Source: Candidatus Thorarchaeota archaeon (GTDB lineage Archaea; Asgardarchaeota; Thorarchaeia; Thorarchaeales; Thorarchaeaceae). Taken from it: 64,000 bases of DNA. Positions 20,772 through 31,929 of the stretch are shown here, piece by piece. The position numbers and the translations under genes were made by a program. The stretch covers positions 32,001 to 96,000 of the forward strand of contig CAVSBO010000018.1 in assembly GCA_963726195.1 (NCBI GenBank). The letters are read 5' to 3'. Within the stretch, counting starts at the first letter, position 1. Every line of letters begins with the position of its first letter. The notes beneath the pieces were generated by a model. That model saw only the letters and a program-made list of their open reading frames with translations, was not told where the DNA came from and did no database searches.

Positions 20772-20880
20772 GGGCCCGTAGCATAGGCATTCAACATGAA
20801 TTCCATGTACCAACTAGAGTGGTTAATGCGACGCTCTGATAAGGCGTAGATCGCGCGTTCAAATCGCGTCGGGCCCACCA
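20772..20880 (+). tRNA. tRNA-Ile(GAT) with 31-nt insertion in the D loop (~20787-20817)
   Basis: Acceptor GGGCCCG/CGGGCCC, D stem GCAT/ATGC, anticodon arm ACGCT-CTGATAA-GGCGT, T arm GCGCG-TTCAAAT-CGCGT, CCA. Confidence 0.9.
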
Positions 20881-20963
20881 TCCCTTCCTGTTCTGGAATG
20901 TACTGATAAGATGGTGTCCGCGAGGAGCTGTCTGAATTACCTTCACTTCAGTGTTCACTCGGA

Positions 20964-22895
20964 TTACAGTTTCAGAGTGAAAATATACTCGTCGTCCTGA
21001 ATGCTGAGCTTGCTTTCGACGACCTTACCCGTTCTGTGAATGAAGGAAATCATCTTTCTGTTCGAGGGGTGCACATAAGCAATGAACGCATCAACGCCTT
21101 TGCTCTTTGCAATGCGCATTAGATGATTCAGCATGAACGTGCCTATCCCTCTGTTCTGATACTCATCCTGAATGAGCAGTGCGAACTCTGCTTGGTTTGT
21201 ACTCCTATTCAGCACGTAACGGCCAGCGCCAATTATCTTCTCCGTTTCTTCATCTTCTGCGCCCCTGACCACCGCTACAATCGATATGTCTCTGTCTTGA
21301 TCAACAGCATAGAACTCCTGCAATGTCTGGCGGCGTAGACTCTTGAGTGGTGTCAAGAAGCGGAAATAAATCGACTCCTCGCTGAGGTCGTAGAAGAGCT
21401 CCTTGACTCGGTCAGCATCATCAGGGCGAATCAATCTGAAGTACACGGTGATTGGTCCTTCAGGGCCCTTGAATGATTCTTGGACCTCGTATTCGGTCGC
21501 GAAGTATGTTCCTTTAGCAAGGAATGGCACCTGATCCTCGAACACATAGCGCATCTTCTTCGCAGCTTCGAGGAGCTCGTTTCTGAAGTCGGGGTGGGCA
21601 ATTGCAATCAGTGAGAGTACTCTTTCTCGTATCGTCTTGCCGTGCAAGGCAGCCAAGCCATACTCCGTGATTACTATGTCCACGTCACCTCGGGTTGTGA
21701 CCACTCCTGCGCCTTCGCTTAGCCTTGGTACTATCCGGGAAACCTTTCCTTCCATGGCTGTCGACTGCATGCATATGATAGCCTTACCGTCCTCTGACCT
21801 CGATGCGCCACGGATGAAGTCGACTTGCCCGCCAATCCCGCTGTAGAACCTGTGACCTATCGAATCTGCACAGACTTGACCTGTCAAATCAATTTCCAGT
21901 GCCGAATTGATGGCGACCATCTTACGATTCTGACCAATCACGTAGGGGTCGTTCACGTACTCGCTCGGATGGAACTCGAAGAAGGGATTGTTATTGACAT
22001 AGTTGTACAGCTTCTCGGAGCCCATTGCGAAACTTGCTACAACCTTGCCTCTGTGCAAGGTCTTCTTCTTGCAGGTAATTACCCCGTTGTCTATGAGTGG
22101 GAGCAGGCTATCGCTGAACATCTCAGTGTGTACGCCCAGATCTTTGATGCCTGTCTCGAGTAGGTTGTTACAGACAGCCTGCGGTAAAGCACCAATGCCA
22201 AGTTCGAGCGTAGATTCGTTCTCTATCAACCTGGCTACATAAGAGCCTATGAGATCGATTGTCTTGTCGACTTCAGCGGACTCGAACTCACGAAGTGGTT
22301 CGTCATATGGAACGAGATACTCAATATCCTTCACATTGATGAAAGAGTCTCCAAGAGTAACTGGCATCCTCTCATTGACCTGTGCAATTACAAGGTCTGC
22401 GTTCTCCGCGGCAGACTTGGTTATGTCAACTGAAATACCCAAGGAACTGTAGCCGTGCTCATCTGGAGGACTCACCTGTATGAGAGCTACGTCCAGCGGC
22501 ATTATCTTCAATCTGAACAGCCGGGGTATGTCTGAGAGCATTATGGGCGTGTAGTCTGCTCGACCATCAGAGACAGCATCCCTCATGTTATCGGAGATGA
22601 AAAACGAGTTGTGCCTGAACTGTGCCTGGAACTGCGGGTCTGCAGAAGGGGTGTCTCCTAGGGTTAGCAGATGTACAATCTCATTGTCGGCCATCCGGCT
22701 TGCGCTATTAGCAAGTTCCTGTACGAGATGATACGGGACGCCACAACCGGTCCCGAGAAAGATGCGGCTTCCTCTCTTTATCTTCCTGATTGCATCAGGC
22801 GCATTCAAGACCTGTTTCTTGTATCTTTCAGTCCATCCTGTGGTAACCATGGTCTTGCCCCTCAGGCCTCCTGAGCTAGCGGTCGTGCACGACAT
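20964..22895 (-). CDS. Acetyl-CoA hydrolase/4-hydroxybutyrate CoA-transferase-like domain fused to a C-terminal GNAT acetyltransferase
   Basis: LGIGALP, GVHTEMFSD, SGIGGQVDF and TEYG, followed by FRLIRPDD...YFRF...AEFALLIQDEYQNRGIGT (GNAT motif A). Confidence 0.92.
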   Translation of the reverse strand: MSCTTASSGGLRGKTMVTTGWTERYKKQVLNAPDAIRKIKRGSRIFLGTGCGVPYHLVQELANSASRMADNEIVHLLTLGDTPSADPQFQAQFRHNSFFISDNMRDAVSDGRADYTPIMLSDIPRLFRLKIMPLDVALIQVSPPDEHGYSSLGISVDITKSAAENADLVIAQVNERMPVTLGDSFINVKDIEYLVPYDEPLREFESAEVDKTIDLIGSYVARLIENESTLELGIGALPQAVCNNLLETGIKDLGVHTEMFSDSLLPLIDNGVITCKKKTLHRGKVVASFAMGSEKLYNYVNNNPFFEFHPSEYVNDPYVIGQNRKMVAINSALEIDLTGQVCADSIGHRFYSGIGGQVDFIRGASRSEDGKAIICMQSTAMEGKVSRIVPRLSEGAGVVTTRGDVDIVITEYGLAALHGKTIRERVLSLIAIAHPDFRNELLEAAKKMRYVFEDQVPFLAKGTYFATEYEVQESFKGPEGPITVYFRLIRPDDADRVKELFYDLSEESIYFRFLTPLKSLRRQTLQEFYAVDQDRDISIVAVVRGAEDEETEKIIGAGRYVLNRSTNQAEFALLIQDEYQNRGIGTFMLNHLMRIAKSKGVDAFIAYVHPSNRKMISFIHRTGKVVESKLSIQDDEYIFTLKL

Positions 22896-23015
22896 ATAGA
22901 GCTTTCCAAGTGGAACGAGTCAAAGTCACTGAGTCGGGAGATACATTGTTGGCGGAAGCCTTTTAGTCACGGATACTGCCGGCCCCTTAGTGCTCGACAC
23001 ACAATTGGTGAGTGC

Positions 23016-24305
23016 TTGATGTCAGAAACAAAAGTAGGCAATCGCTATGTCGTCGTACTTGGCGGTCTGCTGGTTCAAGTCTGCCTCGGCAGCATCTATG
23101 CTTGGTCGTTCTTCCAGACTGCACTGGGAAAGGTGTCTGGTGCGTACCACTGGCCAACGCTGTACACACAGTTGCCCTTCGCGACAGGTCTTGCTTCGTT
23201 CGCTTTCTTCATGGTCATTGCTGGGAGATGGCAGGATCGTGCGGGTCCTCGCAAGGTGGCTACTTTCGGAGGCATTCTACTGGGAGCCGGTTACATACTG
23301 GCATGGCTGGTTGATGTAGTCGCGGCCGGTGATGCCACGATGGGCGTCGTGTACCTCGTCATTACGTACGGAATCATAGGCGGAGCTGGCATCGGATTTG
23401 GGTACGTTTGCCCGATAGCATCTCTTGTGAAGTGGTTCCCTGACAAGAAAGGCACAATCACAGGAATCGCTGTTGCCGGATTCGGTGCAGGCGCGCTGAT
23501 AATCGGATATGCAGAAGACTATCTCCTCAACGTGTTCCAAGCCCCGGTCCATCTTACAATTGGAAATCCTTTCCTGATATTGGGTATTGTATATCTCATC
23601 GGAGTCACTATCGGTGCTCAGGTTCTCAAGAACCCACCACCGGGATGGGTTTGTCCGGGCTATACTCCTCCAACAACCACTGCTGATGGTAAGGGCCTGA
23701 ACATCATGCCTGGGCAAATGGTCAGAACTGGTGGTTTCTGGCTTCTCTGGCTGATGTTCGTTCTTGCAGCGACAGCAGGACTGATGGTCATCGGAAACAT
23801 CAAGAGCGCCGCTATCGCGATTGACGCCTCTGCCGCCGCTTGGGCGACTCTGATTGTCGGAGTTTATTCACTCTGCAATGCAGCAGGGAGAATCGTCTGG
23901 GGCGCAGCTTCAGACCGCCTTGGGCGCGAGAACACAATGTATGCGATGTTCTCGGTACTTGCATCAGCAATGTTCGTCTTTTCAATCATTTCAAGTCCGT
24001 TGATTGAGGTGACTTGGCCCATAGTGTTGGCTGTTGGCTCTGTGGTTGGATTCTGCTTCGGCGGCAATTTCGCATTGTTTCCGGCATCGACTGCCGACCT
24101 CTACGGTTCAAAGAACGTGGGCAAGAACTACGGTGTGGTGTTCACAGCCTATGGAATTGCTGGAATTCTAGGTGGACTCGTAGCTGGCTTGTTTGTTCAG
24201 TGGACCGGTGGCTACAGGACGGCATTCCTCATAACAGGACTTCTAGCTGTTATGGCATCGCTCCTGACTTTCAAATTGAAGTCGGTAAGGAAGAGAAGAC
24301 AGTAG
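23016..24305 (+). CDS. MFS transporter, oxalate/formate antiporter (OFA) family
   Basis: About 12 TM. GSIYAWS, GRWQDRAGPR, KWFPDKKG, GRIVWGAASDRLGR, YGSKNVGKNYG. Confidence 0.9.
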   Translation: MMSETKVGNRYVVVLGGLLVQVCLGSIYAWSFFQTALGKVSGAYHWPTLYTQLPFATGLASFAFFMVIAGRWQDRAGPRKVATFGGILLGAGYILAWLVDVVAAGDATMGVVYLVITYGIIGGAGIGFGYVCPIASLVKWFPDKKGTITGIAVAGFGAGALIIGYAEDYLLNVFQAPVHLTIGNPFLILGIVYLIGVTIGAQVLKNPPPGWVCPGYTPPTTTADGKGLNIMPGQMVRTGGFWLLWLMFVLAATAGLMVIGNIKSAAIAIDASAAAWATLIVGVYSLCNAAGRIVWGAASDRLGRENTMYAMFSVLASAMFVFSIISSPLIEVTWPIVLAVGSVVGFCFGGNFALFPASTADLYGSKNVGKNYGVVFTAYGIAGILGGLVAGLFVQWTGGYRTAFLITGLLAVMASLLTFKLKSVRKRRQ

Positions 24306-24318
24306 TATATCGTAGCTT

Positions 24319-24361
24319 GAGGTCAGAGGGAATCAGTGCCTTCTGGCCTCTTCCTCTTTTC
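24319..24361 (+). terminator. Hairpin plus pyrimidine/U-rich tail after the MFS gene
   Basis: GAGGTCAGAGGG...CCTTCTGGCCTC (12 bp including G-U) followed by TTCCTCTTTTC. Confidence 0.55.
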
Positions 24362-24455
24362 GATTTCATTAATTCTTATAGGACGCCAAAGGTACTCAGG
24401 CGAGTGCTAGACAAGCTTTATAATCAGTCAAAAGGGGTCGGCCGTCAAACTATCG

Positions 24456-26464
24456 ATGGTACCGGTGACCACCTTGTCTGTTGAAAAGAAAATCACAGTT
24501 TACAGCCATGAGGCCAGGCAGTTCCCACCTCCTAAGGGCTTTCCAGAGAAGGCGTACATCAAGTCCGCCGAGGAACGAAAGAAGCTCTGGGAGGAATCAA
24601 TCAAGAACCCTGACAAGTTCTGGCTTGATATCGCAAAGAAGCTTTGTTACTGGAAGAAAGTCCCGACCAAGGGATTCGACTGGAAAGATCCCAAAGGCGC
24701 TCGTTTCACTTGGTTTGAGGACGGCATCACTAACATGGCCTACAACTGCCTCGACAAGCATATCGAGGCTGGCAAGGGCAAGCAAGTTGCTCTGATCTGG
24801 CAGGGCGAGCCGGAGAAGGACTCATTGACCTTCACATACGAACAGCTACGGGATGAGGTCAACAAGCTTGCTAATGTCCTCAAATCCTTCGGTGTCAAGA
24901 AGGGCGACAGGGTCTCAATCTATCTGCCCATGATTCCTGAGCTTGCCATTTCCATGCTGGCTTGCACTCGAATTGGCGCTGTTCACAGCGTGGTATTCGG
25001 CGGTTTCAGCTCAGATGCACTGAGAGAGCGGATTGATGACTGCAAGTCCAAGCTCCTCATCACTTCTGACGGCAGCTACCGGAGCGGAAAGGTAGTGCCA
25101 CTCAAGGACAATGCTGACATCTCTCTTAAGGACACACCATCCATAGAGAAGGTCATAGTCGTCAAGAGGACTGGCTCAGAGATCAAGATGACCAAGGGCC
25201 GTGATGAGTGGTATCACGAATTGATGAAGAAAGCCTCTCCAAAGTGCGAAACCGAGTGGGTAAATGCCGAGGACCCGCTCTACATTCTCTATACATCAGG
25301 TTCGACCGGCAAGCCAAAGGGCGTGCTCCACACGCTAGGCGGTTACATGGTCTATTGTGCCAAGAGCTTTTGGACATATTTGATTGGCATCAAGGTGATA
25401 TTTACTGGTGCACCGCCGACATCGGCTGGGTCACAGGACATAGCTATATCGTGTACGGTCCACTTTGCGCAGGCGCAACTACTCTCATGTTCGAAGGAAT
25501 TCCGACCTATCCTGACAACGATCGTTTCTGGCAGGTTTGCGAGAAGTTCAAGGTGAACGAGTTCTACACTGCACCAACTGCCCTCCGTTCCCTGATGAAG
25601 TTCGGCGACGACCCGGTCAAGAAGCACAAGCTCACGAGCATAAGGCTCTTGGGCACAGTGGGAGAACCGATTAATCCTGAGGCCTGGATCTGGTATCACA
25701 AAGTCGTGGGTGGCGAGAGATGCCCTATAGTTGACACGTACTGGCAGACCGAGACAGGCGGAGTAGTGATTACTCCTCTTCCGGGAGCGACAATACTGAA
25801 GCCCGGTAGCGCGACTCTGCCCTACTTTGGAGTCGATCCCATAATCGTTGCAGAGGATGGCAAGCCAACAGGTGTCAACGAAGGCGGATACCTCTGTATC
25901 AAGAAGCCGTGGCCCGGTCTCATGAGGACTGTATACGGCAACCATGAACGGTTCATCAACACCTACTGGGTCCAGTACAAGGATCCCAAGACAGGACTGC
26001 CCATGTACATGACGGGCGATGGCTCGCGACAGGACGAGGATGGCTACTTCTGGGTAATGGGTCGAGTTGACGACGTTCTGAAGGTATCCGGTCACAGGCT
26101 CGGAACTGCCGAGATAGAGTCCGCATTTGTGAGTCATCCTGCAGTGGCAGAGTCTGCAGTTGTCGGATTCCCACATGATATCAAGGGCGAAGCAATCTAT
26201 GCTTTCGTTACGCTCAAGTCCGGTGTCGCAAAGAGTGACAAGCTGAAGGAGGAACTCCGACAGCACATCCGCAAGGAGATAGGTCCCATTGCCACTCCCG
26301 ACAAGATTCAATTCGCCGACGCTCTGCCCAAGACTCGTTCAGGCAAGATCATGAGGCGGATTCTGAAGAAGATTGCTGCGGGAGAAATCAAGGATATAGG
26401 TGACACATCGACTCTTGCAGACCCTTCTGTCGTGGACACGCTCGTTAAGGACCGAGTTCCATAG
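24456..26464 (+). CDS. acs: Acetyl-CoA synthetase (AMP-forming), frameshift near 25360
   Basis: [11 protein letters not shown] in the first frame. [29 protein letters not shown] and [12 protein letters not shown] in the second frame. Confidence 0.96.
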
Positions 26465-26475
26465 GCTTAGTACGT

Positions 26476-26516
26476 GGAGAGAAGCCCGCGAGGACTCTCT
26501 CCTTTCTGTTTCTTTT
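26476..26516 (+). terminator. Hairpin plus U-rich tail after acs
   Basis: GGAGAGA...TCTCTCC stem followed by TTTCTGTTTCTTTT. Confidence 0.6.
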
Positions 26517-26837
26517 GTCGGCACCTTGATCGAATTATCAGCTGGCTCTGTGAGTGGTTAAGGCACGGGGTCTGTCGGACCAAGCTCCATCGAGCCCATC
26601 TCCGCAAGCTTGAAAGCATTTCAAAGCTATGATATCCTCTGAGATTCGGGACCATAGAAGCCAATCGTGCTGCGAATGCTGAGACTGGCTGGTGGTGCGC
26701 TTCATGTTTCTGTCCGGATTGAGGCTCGCGTGGTAATAGGGATGAATGCTCGGCGAATCATTGGTCACCATCTTGTCTCTGTTGTTTGCATCACGGCTAT
26801 TGGCAATGGCACTGATGCAAGGGGTTGATCTTATAGC

Positions 26838-27655
26838 TTGAGCGCAGATGATTACTATGACAGGGTGGTGGCAGCCCTCAAGATTGAAGACGAAGGTGAG
26901 CGTGTAACGAAAGCAAACGAACTGGGCTTCGAAGTGACAAGGGAGAAGATCAAGCTGAATGATGAGCAGGGCAGCGCTCTATGGAAGACTGCGGTTGAGA
27001 GCATCGGTTCGGGTGACCCATTCGTCTTTGGATTCCTCACGCACATTATCAGCATTAGTTGGCAGAACAAACCCACTCTTGAGGTGTCGATGACTCAGGA
27101 CTCTGGCAGTCTAAGCAGGAAATTCAACATTCCCGGTGCTGAGGCAAAGCTACTCCAGGAGGCTGGGATATTTCAACAAGATGAGTCTGTGTCTTATTGG
27201 GACAGGGCACACTTGTACGTCGGTAACAGAGATATCGATCGCGTTGGAAGCCTATTTCTGACCGACGAGAGAGTAGTGGTGGTTGGGGAGCTTCTCTCGA
27301 CTGCGGGGCAAGGAGGGACCTGCTACAAACTCTGTTATGACAACTGGAATCAGCAACCATTCCTTGACGCGGTTGACTACGTATACATGAGCCAGGTTCG
27401 ATTGATTAGCACCGAAGGAGATTGGCGTTCACACGGTATCGAGCTGACGGTCGTAACGAAGCATTACGAGGACAAGAGAGAGAAGTCTGTCAGACCCGAA
27501 CTTCTTCAGGACGGGCTCTCCCTCCAAGCTCAAAGCCACTGAGGGACCCATCAAGATTGTACTTGAGGCAAGAAAGTCTGTCAGGCGCGGAAGATCCGAA
27601 GGTTCGTCATGAAGCGCTCTTGCGCAAATTGAAGCAACATACTAGTCTCAAGTAG
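26838..27655 (+). CDS. Hypothetical protein (possible PH/GRAM-like segment), probably frameshifted near 27480-27540
   Basis: 234-aa ORF containing GSLFLTDERVVVVG, reminiscent of GRAM/PH folds. The downstream frame stays open to 27655. Confidence 0.5.
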
Positions 27656-27827
27656 ATGTCACTCGTCAATCAGTCATGGGCATTGCTATTGTGAGCTACC
27701 TGCAGACGCGAGTCTATTGAGTACTTGAATCTAGGTGTGCGAAGGAGTCTGCGCTCCTGTGGGTCGAGATGTGCTTGTGACAGTCCCGGTTCTCCGGCGA
27801 GCCCACCATGACTGCACTTGGTCGACT

Positions 27828-28697
27828 TTAGTCGACGAAGCTGAGCTTGATGAGAACCACTAGAGTCACCAGAAGGAAAATGAATGTGATACCCATGAGG
27901 GTGGGGCCTGTAAATGTGAAATCCGGGCCTTGAGTACTTAATGCAGGACCGAGCTTCAAGTCCTCATTGAGGAAATTGACCAGAGTGTGAATCGTAATCG
28001 GGCCGGCCAACGTAGCTCTTGAGCTGAATTTCTCATAATATGTACCGAAGAACAGCCCTAGGATCGCCGTAAAGACGAGCATTGAAACTGCTTGTGAAAG
28101 TGAGCCGTTGCCGGAAAGTGCATCTACGGCCGGCCAGCAAAGATGCCATATCCCAAAGGCCAATGCGGAAATCATGATTGCTCTGTTAGGTGTGAATCGA
28201 GGCCTAAGGCCATTCTGAATCAGACCACGGAATAGAGTCTCTTCGAGGAGGGCATTTGTGAAGAAGAAGATGAACTGGTACCAAAGGATGTCGGCATAAA
28301 GGACAGTGAGGTTGAGAGGGTATGATTGATTGAAGAAGGTCTCAAAAACCAAGGGCGGGACAATCTCAATCAGAACATACATGGAGCAACCAATTATGAA
28401 GCCAATCAACACTTGGATTCTGAGTTGTCTGCGATTCAATCCAAGTACTGTTCCAACCTCTGCTCTCCGGTACTTCAGAAACAACCCTAAGATGATGAGA
28501 AAGGGAAAAAGCTTCGAGGGCATTATGTTAATCCAAGTCGCTCCAAGTCCAAGTACGAAGACATCAACTACTCTCCATATGACCGCCATAACAAGTATAA
28601 GTCCTGCTAGCGGCAACAGCCCGATGCGAGACCAGAACGGCTGCTGTCTAACAGCAGGGTGCGAAGATGGTCTCTCGACAGACTGAGTCGTGGTCAT
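27828..28697 (-). CDS. CPBP/Abi-family intramembrane glutamic protease
   Basis: EETLFRG, FGIWH and ITIHTLVN motifs. Likely start at ATG 28697, overlapping the upstream stop. Confidence 0.88.
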   Translation of the reverse strand: MTTTQSVERPSSHPAVRQQPFWSRIGLLPLAGLILVMAVIWRVVDVFVLGLGATWINIMPSKLFPFLIILGLFLKYRRAEVGTVLGLNRRQLRIQVLIGFIIGCSMYVLIEIVPPLVFETFFNQSYPLNLTVLYADILWYQFIFFFTNALLEETLFRGLIQNGLRPRFTPNRAIMISALAFGIWHLCWPAVDALSGNGSLSQAVSMLVFTAILGLFFGTYYEKFSSRATLAGPITIHTLVNFLNEDLKLGPALSTQGPDFTFTGPTLMGITFIFLLVTLVVLIKLSFVD

Positions 28698-29548
28698 GGC
28701 GAAACCCTCGTGCGTGTGGATGGCTCTACGAGCTTCGGGGCTGCAGGGCGTCCTCGTCTGAACCATGGGTTGATGAGAGCCAGAGTCGTTATTCCACTAC
28801 TGAGAGCGACAAGGATGTTGTCGACGATCACTGAGCTAGCGACCAGCTGACTTATGAAAGCGAGGACGAAGGCAAGAACCATTAGTCCGCTCCTGACCTC
28901 TCTCAAACGTCCTGTTCGCCAAGTTATTGAGAAAGTTACAATTAAGGCTATCATGAAAACAAGCAGTATCGGAATGCAAAGCAGCATGACCAAATTGTCT
29001 GACGGTGCAAACAAAGTCACGATAGCCCAGTACAAAGCGAGCACGCCGAGAATCCTCGAGTACCTGCGATGCAACCTAGGCAACCAGACGTTCAACACAA
29101 TCACTGCCAAAGGAAGGACAGTTCCGAATATGATAAGCGCTCGAACTCGGAACAGGGCAGATGAGGCTTCGACAATCCCTAGGTTTGGAAGAAGTTTGAT
29201 GATACTGTTCACAGCTTGCGCTACGAACATTATTCCAAACATCAGGGGCAAGTCGGTGTAGAGGTGGTTCTTCTGTCTAAGCCACAGTGAAATTAGAAAC
29301 AGTGCTAATACAATGGAGAACACTGAAGAAGACAGAGTCGCGAACGATGCTAGGTCGATGGTGAGCTGCATGCAATCTCTTCCTTTCTTTGATTTGACGC
29401 ACTGTCCGGTACTATACAATAAAAGCACCAACAATTTCCGTGCACACTCGCAGGCGTCGGCTTGACTTGTTCTTGTTGAGTTCTGGTAGTCAAGGACGCA
29501 GCGCCGCCCGTCGTATGCGGTCTGTACTGCCTTTGCGTAGTTATCCAA
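28694..29548 (-). CDS. 7-TM-like membrane protein (likely start MQLTIDL ~29371)
   Basis: About seven hydrophobic helices. No recognised catalytic motif. Confidence 0.7.
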   Translation of the reverse strand: MDNYAKAVQTAYDGRRCVLDYQNSTRTSQADACECARKLLVLLLYSTGQCVKSKKGRDCMQLTIDLASFATLSSSVFSIVLALFLISLWLRQKNHLYTDLPLMFGIMFVAQAVNSIIKLLPNLGIVEASSALFRVRALIIFGTVLPLAVIVLNVWLPRLHRRYSRILGVLALYWAIVTLFAPSDNLVMLLCIPILLVFMIALIVTFSITWRTGRLREVRSGLMVLAFVLAFISQLVASSVIVDNILVALSSGITTLALINPWFRRGRPAAPKLVEPSTRTRVSP

Positions 29549-29643
29549 GAAATCGGGCTTTCGTCGAAAAATATCGCGCCGTACTCGCGACCCTTAAATA
29601 ACCCATCAGGATGCTCTGCTGATTCACAGACAATCAAGAAACG

Positions 29644-30523
29644 GTGATCCCCTTGTGTGACTGGTGCATGAAGCATGGCGCGGGCGGCAAGTGGTACATG
29701 AATGCCCGCAATTACTCCTACGAGCTGGCAGACGAGTACAATATGAAAGAGTACTTGGAAGAGCAATGGAAGAACATGGAGACTCTGTTCATCCGAAAGA
29801 TTACGGGCTTCAGTTCCATTGGTCTAGGGTACAAAATGCAGATGCCGCTTATTGGACGTTATCTAAGGTCAAGTGCTGAGAAGATGATACACAGTGAGAA
29901 GCCAGGGCGAAATCCGGTTAGAGCTGATGGTCACTTCGGACAAGTCATTCCGCTTGAGGATGCTCAGCACATTCTTGGCAACTTGGCGGCTGAGCCTATC
30001 ATAAAGAACTATTGTGTGTGCAGGTGGATGCAGAGGGGTGTGAAAGATGCCGTATGCATTAACTTCGGGTGCTTGAGCCAAATCATCCCAAAGCTCACAA
30101 GATACATCCCGCTGGATGAGAAATGGCAGCTGAGATTGAGAGGAAGCAATCGCAGCCCTTGAGACACAGAACAAGAAAGGATACGTAGCGTCTGTCTGGT
30201 TCCAGCCAGTCCCTTACATCAATGCGATTTGCTCGTGCGAGAGTCCGGAGTGTGGAGGTCTGCGCCTGAGGAATGATTTTGGTCTGAGGACAGTCCTGAA
30301 AGGAGAGTATCTCATGACAGTCAACCGAGATAACTGCCAAGGCTGCAAGGCGTGTGTAAGGATGTGTCAGTTCGGGGCTCTCAGATATCTCCCATCGATC
30401 AACAAGGTGATAATCAATCACGACAAATGCTTCGGCTGTGGGGTTTGTCGTCACGCATGCAAGAATGATGCCCTTCAATTGGTACCGAGGGAGTCCGTGC
30501 CAGGACAGGCCAAGAATTTCTAG
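29644..30523 (+). CDS. 4Fe-4S dicluster-domain protein, frameshift near 30135
   Basis: N-terminal CDWC and CVCR. The shifted frame reads ICSCESPEC...KGEY into the two CxxCxxCxxxC motifs of ORF 30314-30523. Confidence 0.8.
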
Positions 30524-30528
30524 GAGAG

Positions 30529-30822
30529 GTGGGTCGAATGGGCAAGACGAAGATTAAGATTGACTACAAGAAGTGCGGACCTAAAGGCACGATGGATCCC
30601 AGAGAGTGCAGGAAGTGTTTGAACGTCTGTGATCCTGCAGTATTCCTGATGCATCCAACCCTAGAGAAGCATCCTGATCCCTACAATCCGGAGAAGTGGG
30701 TTGTTACTCCTGTCTGGCCAGACGTTTGCACTTCCTGCGGGAAATGCGTCTCATCGTGTCCGGTGGAGGCTATCAAGGTCTCGCCTGGGGACTCACTATA
30801 CAAGATGCGCATGCATGGTTGA
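30529..30822 (+). CDS. Ferredoxin-like 4Fe-4S protein
   Basis: C...CRKCLNVC and CTSCGKCVSSCP. Confidence 0.85.
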   Translation: MGRMGKTKIKIDYKKCGPKGTMDPRECRKCLNVCDPAVFLMHPTLEKHPDPYNPEKWVVTPVWPDVCTSCGKCVSSCPVEAIKVSPGDSLYKMRMHG

Positions 30823-30872
30823 TAGAGCAGAAGGGCACGCTGGATGTCTCCCTTCTCGCCCTTGTCTCAATG

Positions 30873-31889
30873 TTAGCATTGCTTCATTGTCGTCACTGGT
30901 CTTGCTTGAAGCACAATCAGATGTGAGTCTTTCATACACCACTCTATGTCCTGTGGGCCGCCCAGTATATTCTCCACCTTCGTACCCATCTTGGCTAGGT
31001 TTAGCAGATCGGCATCGTCCAATGTGAAGGCAGTTCGCTTACTTGGAGGCGTATCCTGAAGCACGATTCCATGTTGTTGCTCGGATGCGCTCACAGCCGC
31101 GAATGTAACCTTTGACCCAAGCACACGCTGCACGACTCTCAAAGGGTCTCTCTGGATAAAGAACGTATCCGGGACTACCTTCCCTGAGACCAACGGTTCT
31201 CCCAAACCCCATGTGGATTCGATGATGATTTGTGACGGATCATTCGTTACAGTGTTGACGGTGAACATGACACCGGAGACATCCGCACCAACCATCTCTT
31301 GCACGATTACGCCCATCCTCACCTTGCTTAGGGGAACACCCATTTCGTGCAGATAAAGAGCCGCGCGGAAGGAAACCGCCGACTGCCAAGTTCTTCTCAC
31401 AGAATCAATGATATTCTCAATTCCATTGACACACAAGAAGCTCTCTGCCTGACCTGCAAACGAGATTTGGTTACCGTCCTCGACATTTGCTGATGACCGA
31501 ATCGCATATCCTGCACCATGTTCGTGCGCCATCGATCTCAGCCGCGTAAACGCATCCATAATCTGTTTCTTGGTTTCACCGGGCATTCTCCAAGACGAAC
31601 CAAGTCTTTCAAGATCTGCGGCGTAGTTCATGGTTTCTTCTATATCCGTAGGCGATTCTAGCCGCTGTAGTATTCTGTCCGACCCCTCCAGACCCGCAAG
31701 GAATTCAGAGAAACAATCTGATGATATGGAGAAGCCGATTGGGACTTTCAGCCCTGCCCTGTGCAGCCGAGCAAGATTCACTGCCTTACCGCCGAACCTT
31801 TCCAAGTCGTCCTCGCCTATTGCCTCAAAGAAAGAAACGCATGACTGTGTTGGTGCTGATGACTTGGTTGGTGAGTGATGACGAGCCAA
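30873..31889 (-). CDS. Stand-alone PEP synthase/PPDK N-terminal ATP-grasp domain
   Basis: GGKAVNL, AIRSSANVED, SFAGQ, VQEMV, GLGEPLVSG, PQDIEW and LQARPVT, then stop. Confidence 0.92.
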   Translation of the reverse strand: MARHHSPTKSSAPTQSCVSFFEAIGEDDLERFGGKAVNLARLHRAGLKVPIGFSISSDCFSEFLAGLEGSDRILQRLESPTDIEETMNYAADLERLGSSWRMPGETKKQIMDAFTRLRSMAHEHGAGYAIRSSANVEDGNQISFAGQAESFLCVNGIENIIDSVRRTWQSAVSFRAALYLHEMGVPLSKVRMGVIVQEMVGADVSGVMFTVNTVTNDPSQIIIESTWGLGEPLVSGKVVPDTFFIQRDPLRVVQRVLGSKVTFAAVSASEQQHGIVLQDTPPSKRTAFTLDDADLLNLAKMGTKVENILGGPQDIEWCMKDSHLIVLQARPVTTMKQC

Positions 31890-31929
31890 TTCATCTTGCT
31901 CCGGACGCGATTGTTAGGTGATCTCTCAG

